64,000 nt of DNA from Macrostomum lignano (lineage: Eukaryota): positions 413,196 to 477,195 of the forward strand of contig NIVC01000690.1 of assembly GCA_002269645.1 (NCBI GenBank). The letters are read 5' to 3'. The translations under genes were made by a program, and so were the position numbers. Every line of letters begins with the position of its first letter. The first letter of the stretch is position 1. The notes under the pieces were generated by a model. It was not told the origin of the DNA. It was given only the letters and a program-made list of their open reading frames with translations, and did no database searches. Shown piece after piece: positions 13,676-25,600 of this stretch.

Positions 13676-16600
13676 ACAGTCACCTGAAACACCAAAAGTA
13701 AGAATAATAACCTCACATATATCTGTTTGGCTTACAAAGTGCCGCATTTAGTAATGCAATAATAGTACATTAATACCCATGCTTTAAGGGCGTTAATGGA
13801 TAAATAATCAGCGGTCCCAGACAATCGTTGCCACGCACTGGGACCGCTGATTATTTGCATTGTTTTTCTGTTTGACGATCCTACAGACAATGCATTGTTT
13901 GTAGTAATGGATTGTTCTGCACTAAAAATGTAAATAATGATCGTCAAATTGCTAAACAATGGGAAAATCAGAGGGCGCCGTTAGGCGCCCGAGGATTTCT
14001 CATTAACGCCCGCAAAGCATGGGTATTACTATTATTGTGCCTTAGACATTTGTGTCCTTGACAAAGTGGGACAAAATTAGCGGGCAGTTAATGATATAAA
14101 CTGCCCGCTAATTTGCATTAGAGTAAGTGTGACTCCTGCAAGCGGGCTTAAATGTAGTGTATGGCATTAAAAGGCAAGAATAAGTGCCCAGCGGGCACAA
14201 ATGTCATGGTACAGTAATATTTATGTTCGCATCACCTTTCGCGTCAGATAGCACAACTGTTACAGACTGATATGGACCATTTTCGTGCCATGGGTTTTGT
14301 TGAAACGCACAAAAATCTTTTTTTGTTTTTTTAAGACAAACGCAGATACTTGTAGGAGCCTTCGGCGAAGTCGTTCCATAGCCAGTGTTGTGACAATTTT
14401 GTTCATTCCGCTGACTTCAGAGCATGCACACACAAGCGCGCCAATAATGTACACAGGCACAGCACTGATACACACCGGCTCACACAGGGTGTACATCGTA
14501 CGATTCAACCCTTGAAAAAAACTCCCTACGCCAGATTCCACGCGAAGGCTCGGCAGTGTCTTCAGAGAACGCCGGCTCGGCGACACCTGTTGAAGGCGAG
14601 GACGACGATGCCAGCGTAGGCGACGTCGAGGGCAGAAAGCAGTCGGCAGAGTCGAAGAAGGATGAAGCAAGCGGTGGCCAGTCTAGCGGTCAGCCTGAGA
14701 AGATTCTGCCCTATCAAGGTAATGTTGATTTATAATTCTATATGTAATCAACTTCAAAAATTGTTCAAGTATCGTAACAGCTAACACTTTTCTTTTGTAT
14801 TCAACGAGTAAACTTTTGTTGTCAACTTTCAGTTGCAGAAAAGATAGTGAGAGGTCGGTGCCGAAATCTACGCTCGTACATGTACCTCATTTATTTTTAC
14901 TGCTGTTTTTGTGTTGAAATATTTTTTTACTCACGCATAAATGATGACGCTTCTCGGTGTATTTCTGTGTGCAATTTTAAAATCGATGCTTGATAAGACA
15001 TGCTTATGGACCACTAGAAGTTTCCATTTTATCAGGATGTAACAATTTGCGTACTATGGACAAATAGAAAGTTTTCAAAACTCTAGCAATAAAAATACAG
15101 TCAGTAGCATCAACTTCAGGGCTTCAAATATCCAAATAAGGCTGGTATGCCCTTGGTTGGAGGTTAGCTCATAGGATAGCACAAAACACAATAGATTAGA
15201 ATGTCACGGTAATTTTCAGTGGTCTTTGGAAATGCTTTACGCAACTACTTTTAGACACTCGTACAATATAGCTTGTACCGTGACTTTCTGTGAAGACAAT
15301 GATTATTGATACAATTATGATTGATGTTTGTATTAAAATTAATTTCAATAACTTTGCCGTGTTTTTCAGTAAACAGAATGCTGTATTTGCATCGGTCAGA
15401 TTTTTACGGCATTATTTCACAAGCTATGATGACAGAAAAACAAACGCAAAAACTTCAGATTGGCGCTGGCTCGTGCTGGACGGTCCAGTCGACACACTCT
15501 GGGTGGAGAATCTCAACACGGTGCTGGACGACTCCAAGGTGCTCTGTTTGGCCTCGGGCGAGCGTGTCGCCCTAACGCAATCAGTTCGACTGCTATTCGA
15601 AGTGGACTCGCTAGCCCAGGCGTCCCCGGCAACCATCAGCCGATGCGCCATGGTCTACATGGATCCGGTGCAGCTGGGCTGGCGACCCTTCGCGAGAACT
15701 TGGGCCGCCCGTCTGCCAAAAGATCTGCCCGAGAGCGGTCGCAAGCACCTTCTGGACCTGATGGAGCGCAGTGTCAGTCGCGGTCTGACTTTCCTGCGCG
15801 AGAAACCGCAGCACCAGCTGATCAGATCACCGGAGCTGGGCCCGGTGCAGACCCTGTGCCACCTGATGTCAGCCATGCTCAACTTTATGACCGATCACGG
15901 CGGTTTCGGCGCTCCAGACGCCGTAGCGACTGCAACGGCGGGTGCCGGCGCTGCGCCTGCTGCCGATGTCGGAGGTCGCGGAGGCGGAGATGCCGGCAGT
16001 CGAGCTGGCGAAGTGACGACAGCAGGTGGACAAGCTGAGTAAGAATTTCATATTTACTAAAAATAAACAGCTAGAATTATTTTTCAAATTTTTCGACCAG
16101 CTGGTATTTGGACAAACAAGTCAACATGCTTTTGCAGCCAACTTCAAGTCAAGAAGCGCCGTGTAGTTGTAGCGCCAAAGCCAAAAATGCGGCAGTTGTA
16201 AGAGTTCGCAGAGGACTTTTAATCTAGTTTTACTTTTACTGAGTTTCAGTTGTTTCTTCTTCTTTTCTGTGATTTTCTTGTAATTTAAAAAATAGCTACT
16301 CCACTTTGCTACAAGCAGAAAAACACATCTACTGGTTTATTATTGTTTAACTTCGTTTTTCGTTTTTACCTCTTGTACGCTATAGTCTTTGCTTTACACT
16401 GAATATCGAATGACACTGGCTGCTTTCAAGTGCATTGCTTTGCTTGTTAACGAACTCTCTAAAAACTAGTTGGATTTGTAAAAAAAATGTAACATTCTAA
16501 AACCCTCAGAGCAAAGCAGTTCTACATGGAGAAGAACCCTAAAGAGCTCAAAAACCTTCTCGGCAAGTTATTCGTATTCGCCTTCACCTGGGCCTTTGGC

Positions 16601-19600
16601 GGGAATCTGAACCGTCAGGAAGAGATGGACATCGACATCAGCAATTTGAAAGGTGCCGGTGGCGGCGGCGCTGGTGGCGGCGGCAGCAAACGGCCGATGG
16701 AGGACGTGGCGGACGAATTCGACAACCTGGTGCACGAGTTGTTCGACACTGAGCCTCCACTTGGCGTGCGCCTGCCATCGGCCAGTCGCAACATCTTCGG
16801 CTATTTTGTCGATTTAGAATCTGGCAACTTTTTGCCCTGGGAGAGCCTTGTGCCGAGCTCCAGCAGCTTAGTTGAACGCGCCACCTCGGTTCTTGGTGGC
16901 AGCGGAGGTGTCGGGAGTTCCGGCGGCGCGGTATCGAGGAGGTCAACCCAGCCGGAGTTGGTGGCCACGGTTGACACGATCCGGTACTCCTTCCTGACTG
17001 CTCTGCTTCTGGTCAGTCGCAGTCCAGTGCTACTCGTTGGCGAGTCTGGTGTTGGTAAAACGGCCCTTTTAAGGTCACTATTGAAAAAGTTGGCCGAACC
17101 GAACGGCGCCTCTACGCAGGGCAAATCTGTTCTCGGACAGGTGTTAAGCTACTCAGAGAAATCTGCAGGACTGCTGGAGAGTCTGCGAGCTCTGACGAAC
17201 GATGGCGATGACGATGGGTCAGATGGTAAGTAGTGAGACAATGTATTCCAATCCAATATACTAAAAATGGTCTGTCGGTATGTGTGTGTGTGTATGTGTG
17301 TGTGTGTGATCGATTAGCAAAAACGGCTCAACCGATTTTCTTCGAACTTGCACTGTTCGATCAGAAATTTTCCCGTGACAGTACATGCATCGTGGCTAAG
17401 AAATTGCTTGATGCTAAAGGGATTAAATATTCGAAAAACATGCTTTTTTGCAAAGGTCAAGCAGCTCTTTCGACTTGAAATGCATCGTAAGAATGCTAGC
17501 AGAAAAACTGACTGGTTGAATTCTGATTCTGAAATAGATTGCATCACAATACACTTTATTTATCGTCTGTGTACTGGCTGAATTTGACACTCAATTGAAT
17601 TGCGTCACAGCTTTGAGTGTGAAAGCATAGCGCAGTACTGAATTTATATTACGTAACCATATTGTAAACTTTCATAGACACTGGTACTGACTTGCCTAAG
17701 AAATTGATTATGTCATAACTGCTTCGTGTGACTTTTTACTCTACCTGACTTGGTGTGAGTGTTGAATTATATAAGTGGTACAACATCACTGATAACTTCG
17801 ATGAGAGCTAGCCTAGAGCTTAACAGACCAGACTGCTAATGCAGCGACCTAGGTTCGAATCTAAGTAGTTTAAAAGTAGTAGTGTAAAATTTTTTATTAA
17901 AAGGTTTTATTAAAGGACTAAATAAAAACACTTAGATTACTGCACTCGATAAGCCAAGGATTATTGCTATTAATAAACCAAGGATTACTGCACTTGGAAA
18001 ACCAAGGATTACTGCACTCGATAAACCAAGGACTATTGCTCTTGGCAAACCAAGGATTACTGCACTCAGGAAGCCAAGGATTATTGCACTTGGAAAACCA
18101 AGGATTACTGCACTCGATAAACCAAGGACTATTGCTCTTGGCAAACCAAGGATTACTGCACTCAAGAAGCCAAGGATTATTGCTATTAATAAACCAAGGA
18201 TTATTGCACTTGGAAAACCAAGGATTACTGCACTCGATAAACCAAGGACTATTGCTCTTGGCAAACCAAGGATTACTGCACTCAAGAAGCCAAGGATTAT
18301 TGCACTTGGAAAACCAAGGATTACTGCACTCGATAAACCAAGGACTATTGCACTTGATAAACCAAGGAATATTGCACTTGATAGGCCAAGGATTACAGCA
18401 CTTGATAAACCAAGGATTATTGCACTTGATAGGCCAAAGATTACTGCGCTTGATAAACCAAGGATTATTGCACTTGATAAACCAAGGATTATTGCACTTG
18501 ATAAGCCAAGGATTACTGCGCTTGATAAACCAAGGATTATTGCACTTGATAAACAAAGGATTATTGCACTTGATAAACAAAGGATTATTGCACTTGATAA
18601 ACAAAGGATTATTGCACTTGATAAACCAAGGATTATTGCACTTGATAAGCCAAGGATTATTGCACTTGATAAGCCATGGATTATTGCACTTGATAGTAAA
18701 GAATGTTGCACTTGATAAGCCAAGTATTAATGCACTGAATTATTCAAGGATTATTGATATTAATAAACCAAGGACTACTCCACTCGATAAACCAAGGATT
18801 ATTGCTCTTAATAAACCAAGGATTACTGCACTTGGAAAACTAAGGATTACTGCACTCGATAAACCAAAGACTATTGCACTTGATAAACCAAGGATTATTG
18901 CACTTGATAGGCCAAGGATTACTGCACTTGATAAACCAAGGATTATTGCACTTGATAGGCCAAAAATTACTGCGCTTGATAAACCAAGGATTATTGCACT
19001 TGATAAACCAAGGATTATTGCACTTGATAAGCCAAGGATTATTGCACTTGATAAACCAATGATTATTGCAGTTGATAAGCCAAGGATTATTGCATCTGAT
19101 AAACCAAAGATTATTGCACTTGATAAACCAAGGATTATTGCACTTGATAAACAAAGGATTATTGCACTTGATAGGCCAAAGATTACTGCGCTTGATAAAC
19201 CAAAGATTATTGCACTTGATAAACCAAGGATTATTGCACTTGATAAGCCAAGGATTATTGCACTTGATAAACCAAGGATTATTGCAGTTGATAAGCCAAG
19301 GATTATTGCATCTGATAAACCAAGGATTATTGCACTTGATAAACCAAGGATTATTGCACTTGATAAACCAAGGATTATTGCACTTGATAAACCAAGGATT
19401 ATTGCACTTGATAAACCAAGGATTATTGCTCTTGGCAAACCAAGGATTACTGCACTCGATAAGCCAAGGATTATTGCTCTTAATAAACCAAGGATTACTG
19501 CACTTGGAAAACTAAGGATTACTGCACTCGATAAACTAAGGATTATTGCTCTTGGCAAACCAAGGATTATTGCACTTGATAGGCCAAGGATTACTGCACT

Positions 19601-22600
19601 TGATAAACCAAGGATTATTGCACTTGATAAACCAAGGATTATTGCACTTGATAAGCCAAGGATTATTGCACTTGATAGGCCAAGGATTACTGCGCTTGAT
19701 AAACCAAGGATTATTGCACTTGATAAACCAAGGATTATTGCAGTTGATAAGCCAAGGATTATTGCACTTGATAAACCAAGGATTATTACACTTGATAAAC
19801 CAAGGATTATTGCACTTGATAAACCAAGGATTATTGCACTTGATAGGCCAAGGATTACTGCACTTGATAAACCAAGGATTATTGCACTTGATAGGCCAAA
19901 GATTACTGCGCTTGATAAACCAAGGATTATTGCAGTTGATAAGCCAAGGATTATTGCACTTGATAAACCAAGGATTATTTCACTTGATAAACCAAGGATT
20001 ATTGCACTTGATAAACAAATATTGCACTTGATAAACCAAGGATTATTGCACCTGATAAGCCAAGGATTACTGCGCTAGATAAACCAAGGATTATTGCACT
20101 TAATAAACCAAGGATTATTGCACTTAATAAACCAAGGATTATTGCACTTGATAAACCAAGGATTATTGCACTTGATAAACAAAGGATTATTGCACTTGAT
20201 AAACCAAGGATTATTGCACTTTATAAGCCAAAGATTACTGCACTTGATAAACCAAGGATTATTGCACTTGATAAACCAAGGATTATTGCACTTGATTAAT
20301 CAAGGATTATTGCTATTAATAAACCAAGCATTATTGCACTAGCTGAGAAGCTGATTACTGCGCTGTCTAAAAAAGAGATTATTGCGCTCGCTGAGACGTG
20401 GATTGTTGCACAACCTGAGAAAGCGATTATTGCATTAGCGGAAGTAACATTTGCACTAGCTACTTGCTGTCTCGTGGATGCTTGCTCTCGAGGGGGGATA
20501 CTTGCTATTTGGGAGAGGGGGTACTGGCTACATGCAGGGGATTCTTTCTATCCAGGGATGCTTGCTATTCAGGGATTCTTGCTATCTGCAGGATGCTTGC
20601 TATTTAGGGATTCTTGCTATCTGCAGGATGCTTGCTATCTGGGTGGATGCTTCTATAATATCTGGGGGGTGCTTGCTAATCTGCAGAATGCTTCTATAAT
20701 ATCTGGGGGGTGCTTGCTAATCTGCAGAATGCTTCTATAATATCTGGGGGGTGCTTGCTAATCTGCAGAATGCTTCTATAATATCTGGGGGGTGCTTGCT
20801 AATCTGCAGATGCTTGCTATCTGTGGTGATTCTTGCTATGAGCATTAGAGGATGCTTGCTATCTGCGATTGTTCACTTTTGGAGGGGGTTGCTTGCTGTC
20901 TTGGGAATATTTTCTATTTAGGGAAACGATATTTTGTTGACTGTTTGTTAATTTTAGAGAAAATGTGATTTTTTAATTTTGCAAACATCTTAGTCCGTGA
21001 CAATTTTACACGAATAAGGTGATTTTTAAAATGTGAAGAAGGAATTAGTGTTTAAGAAAATGTGTTTTGTTATTGTTTTCCATGAACTATTTTTGCTCCT
21101 TTCTTATTGGGCGCCCCGAAGGGGGGCCGCACTAGATTGCTAGTGTACTTCTAAATGCATTGTAGGGACAACTCGATTTAAAATTGATCTGTCTTGTGCA
21201 GCATTCATGGCTTTTATCATGGCTTCTTGTCTTCGCAAAGAACAAAGGGACAATTATTTTTGTATAGTATGCTGTCATTATATGAATTTAAAATTACAAA
21301 TCAGTAAATTGGCATCTGCGAATGTTTCCAGCTTATCAGCAAACATTTCTGTGTAAGTTGCTGCCTAACAGCTAGAACCAGAATAACTGAAGCGATTAAC
21401 GGTGTTTTAATTCTGAACCATCTCGTTTGCTTGTGCTTTGCTAACCATGGTGAAACTTGAGCGCCAAAATTGCATGTTAGAAACAAGCGTTGTTAGCAAT
21501 AGCTTGTTGTTAAGTTTGTAATTTGTGTCGCACATTTTCTAGCTGAAATTCGACCATTCGCGAGCATCGAAGACTTGGACTTGGGTAAATCTGGGGTTTC
21601 CTAGAAACTAAATCCCGTTTAGTTACGGCACATTGAGTAGCCAGAGCATCAACTATTCAATACTCGAATTTAATTTTACCACCGAATAGACATGCAATTG
21701 AAGTACGTTTGTGTTGTCTTCCTTTTGTTTAGAATTGTAAAGTCACTTTTGTTTTCTTATTGTTTTGTTAGCACTTTATAACCTTCTATTAACTTTTTGA
21801 CGTGACTTTTAGTTAAGATTCGAGTGATTTGTGTTTTGTTTGCGGTACAAACAGTAATTTTCGATAGCATACCGTTATAGACCCTTTGATTTTAATGTTA
21901 TCAAATATTAATCAATTTTTACGTGCTAGGACAGGTGTTAGTCGGAGTTCTAGTGTAGTGGTGGTGTACGAGTGTACGATTTAATGTGAAGCAATAGAGT
22001 TTACTAAAGAAAGAACTAAAGAAGCTAAAAAGCATCAAAAAGATTTTTCTTTAATATCTTAACACTAAACTAAAACTCTCTTAGACGGTGCCCAAACGGA
22101 GAAACAGGGCTTGGAGCAAAGCCTCCTGTTTACCACATTCGAGTTCACTGCTCAAACGCGGCCGTCTCGGCTGCAGTCGCAAATCTCCGGCCGACTTGTC
22201 AAACGCAGCCGCGACGTTCTCGGTCCCCGAAAGGGTCGTCGAATGGTGATCTTTGTCGACGACTTAAACATGCCGCTGCCTGACGAATTCGGCACTCAAG
22301 CTCCGCTAGAACTGCTGCGACAATTCCTCGATTTGGGTGGATTCTACGATCTGCAGAAGCTGAGCTGGCGTAGCGTTGTTGACACGGTGATGCTGGCCGC
22401 CTGCGGACCGTCTGGCGGGGGACGACACCATGTGTCTCCTCGGCTGCTTCGGCACTTCAGGTTTGAAAAGAACAAAAATGATTGAAAACTACTTATTTTT
22501 TAATAAAGACTATTTTATTAGTGACATCAATATAATTATCGTACAATACCTTTCTGCAGTCTTCTCTCGCTGCCTCTGCCGTCGAGTCGCTCTCTGCAGC

Positions 22601-25600
22601 ACATCTACCACGTGCAGCTCGGCCGATTCCTGCAGGATCACGACTTTCACGCCGAAATCCGCGACCTCATGCTAAACATGGTCAGCTGCGCCATCAATTT
22701 GTACTACAGGCTTCGAGCAGCGCTAAAGCCGACACCAGCCAAGCTGCACTATACCTACAATTTGAGAGATCTGACCAAAGTTGTTGAAGGATTTTACATG
22801 GCTAGCGAGAAGGTGATTTATAGTTATTCTAATCTCTTTGGTCTACTACTCATTCCTCAGCTAATCCTTTATTTTTCAATTCAACCGTTCCTTTCTAAAT
22901 GCAGGTTGTGACAAGTCGCGAAGCCTGCATCGACTTGTTCGTGCACGAGTCAACCCGCGTTCTCCACGATCGCTTGTGCACCCCGGAGGACAGGGAAACC
23001 TTCTTTGCCCATCTGGCAGACGAACTGCGCCAACAGTTGAAGCTTCGTCTGACCGGAGACGCGTTGCGCGATCAGACGCTCATGTTCGCTCGCTTCCTGG
23101 ATCCCTCAGCCGCCGAATCATCTGGTGCTCGCGGTGGCGGTGGCGGTGCAGCCGACGAAGCAGCCAAGAATGCGCCCTACGCACCCGTGCGGGATCTCCG
23201 CCGACTCCGGCAAGCGTTGGAGGATCTGCACATGAAGCAACGAGTTCAAGAGGTCGATGGGGCGGGCGACGAAGCGTCGGGCGGAGGCGGCGACCAGCAG
23301 TTTGTGTTCTTCAAGGAGGCCATGGAGCATATTGTCCGAGCGGTCCGCGTGCTCGGTCAGCCTCGGGGCCACCTTCTGCTGATCGGCATTGACGGTACTG
23401 GCAAAACATCAACAGTTCGCATGGCCGCGAGCATCGCCCGTGCAAGGGTCGCCCGACTTAGACTGACCCGCAACTACCAGCTGCAGGACTTCCGTGCCGA
23501 CCTCAAATCGGCTTTCATCAGGTCGGCGGTTCAAAACTCCGGCACCGTGTTTCTTCTGACTGACGCCGATATTGTCAATGAATCGTTCTTGGAAGATGTG
23601 AACTCGATTCTCAACTCGGGTGACGTTCCTGATCTATTTGACGCCGAGGAGCTCGAAGGCGTGCTCATCAACTTGAAAGGCGACGCCAGTTCAGCTGGCG
23701 TTCAGGATAATCGCGAGGAACTGTACGCCTTCTTTCTGGATCGGGTGCGTCGGAACCTGCACGTGGTTCTGACACTGAGTCCGCTAGGCGATCGGTTCAG
23801 ACAGCGGTGTCGAGCGAATCCATCCTTGATCAACTGCACCACCATTGACTGGTTCGATCCTTGGAGTCCGGAAGCCATGCTCTCCGTGGCCGAAGTCTAC
23901 TTTGAGCAAGAAGACTTTGCTGGTGCAGATCCAGTAAGTTTACTCATTGTTTATTAAAGTTTGAATATTTTCTTTACTAGTCATTCCATATTTTTCGCGG
24001 TTTCTACAGGCCTTAAAACCGGAGATCTGCAAAGCGTGCGTCACTTTCCATCAGGATATGGAAGGCATTGGAAAGAGATTCTTCGAAGAGACTAAGCGAC
24101 CGTACTATGTCACGCCTAGCAGCTACATGGAGTTTATTAAAACATTTAGCAAAATGATCCTGGAGAGCAGGACAAAGTTTGAGGGCAACAGGTGAGTTTT
24201 TATTTTCTGAATTTTGAGTAGTTATTAAAGATTTTTTAACACTTTTTCACTGTCCTAAAATATTCAGGGATCGTCTTACTCGCGGCCTTCGGCAACTCGA
24301 CGAATCTGACCGTCTAGTGGTGACAATGCAGGAGGACCTTGTCCAGTTGGGTCCGCAAATCGAAGCCAAAGCTCAAGAAACTGAGCGAATGCTTGCTGAT
24401 CTTCAACTTGACCAGCAAGCTGTAGAGGAGGTTCGCCTCACTGTAGTTCAAGAGGAATCCGTTATGCAGCAGGAGGCTGAGATTGTCGAGCGTTACGCTT
24501 TTGAATGCCAGCAGGATTTGGACTCTGTAATACCGGCACTCCAGGAGGCTGTCCGAGCACTGGACGCCCTGTCAAAGCAGGACATCTCTGAGGTCCGGGT
24601 GTACACTAACCCTCCAGATCTAGTGCTCCAGGTAATGGGGTCAGTTTGCGTTCTTCTCGGCGTTAAACCCGATGCCAAGAACCCCTGGAAGACGAGCAAG
24701 CAGCTGTTGACTGATCCGCACTTCCTGTCTCGCATGGTATCGCTTGACAAAGATGCCATTTCGCCAAAAGTATTTCGCCAGTTGAAAAAGTTTACTCGAC
24801 AGGCTAACTTTAAGCCTGATCAGGCTGGACAGGTGTCGCGAGCCTGTCAGTCAATTTGTACCTGGGTATTGGCCCTGGAGCACTATCACGACGTGCAGAA
24901 CATGATAGTGCCAAAGCAGCGCAAAGTAGAAGAGGCAAAAAAGGCACTGGCCATTGCTAAAAGCAATCTAGAGGTGAAGCAGAAGCGTCTCGGTCTCATA
25001 GTCCAACAGCTTGCAGCATTGCAACGCGACTGCGAGGCCAGCGTCTCGGAACGCGAGAGTCTCAAGCAGAGACTGGTGCAGACGGGGGCTCGGCTGAAGC
25101 GAGCCGGACTGCTCACGGCGGCTTTGGGCGGTGAGCGGCAGCGCTGGGAGGAGGCCATAGACAGTTTGCGGCTCCGCTTGAGGACACTGTCGGGTGACAC
25201 GCTTCTATCGGCTGGGGCCGTTGCCTATTTTGGCGCTTTGACCGCTCCGTATCGACAAGCCGCCACGCAGCGTTGGTGCGATTTGTGCAGAGAAAAAAGC
25301 ATCCCGCTCAGTGACGGCTTCTCATTTGTCGGTTGCCAGACCACGCCGCACGATCTGCTTGACTGGCAGAATCGGGGCCTAGCTAGGGACGCAAACTCGG
25401 CTGAGAATGCCGTGATACTGCACGAGAGTCGTCGCTGGTGTCTTATGATCGATCCGCAGCAGCAGGGTCTTCGGTACTTGCAGGTAAAGTATAACTGATT
25501 CTTTCTTTCTATCTAAATCCTACTCAATTCTTGACTGACTACTGAATACTTTGCAGGGTCTCGAGCCGAGCTTGAAACTCGCCCGAGCAACCGACCCAGC

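Noticed and set aside
15460-16946. Alternative-frame and antisense ORFs overlapping dynein exons (also over FOXRED2, ENaC and piggyBac)
   Set aside because: Expected shadow ORFs of GC-rich coding sequence; no recognisable domains.
17936-20335. Possible CRISPR-like array
   Set aside because: Units are directly adjacent with no unique spacers; eukaryotic context and no cas genes.
17918-20342. Long ORFs up to 704 aa (LHLINQGL / ALDKPRII / LGLSSAII repeats)
   Set aside because: 24-bp minisatellite open in several frames on both strands; intronic, with no splice or start context.
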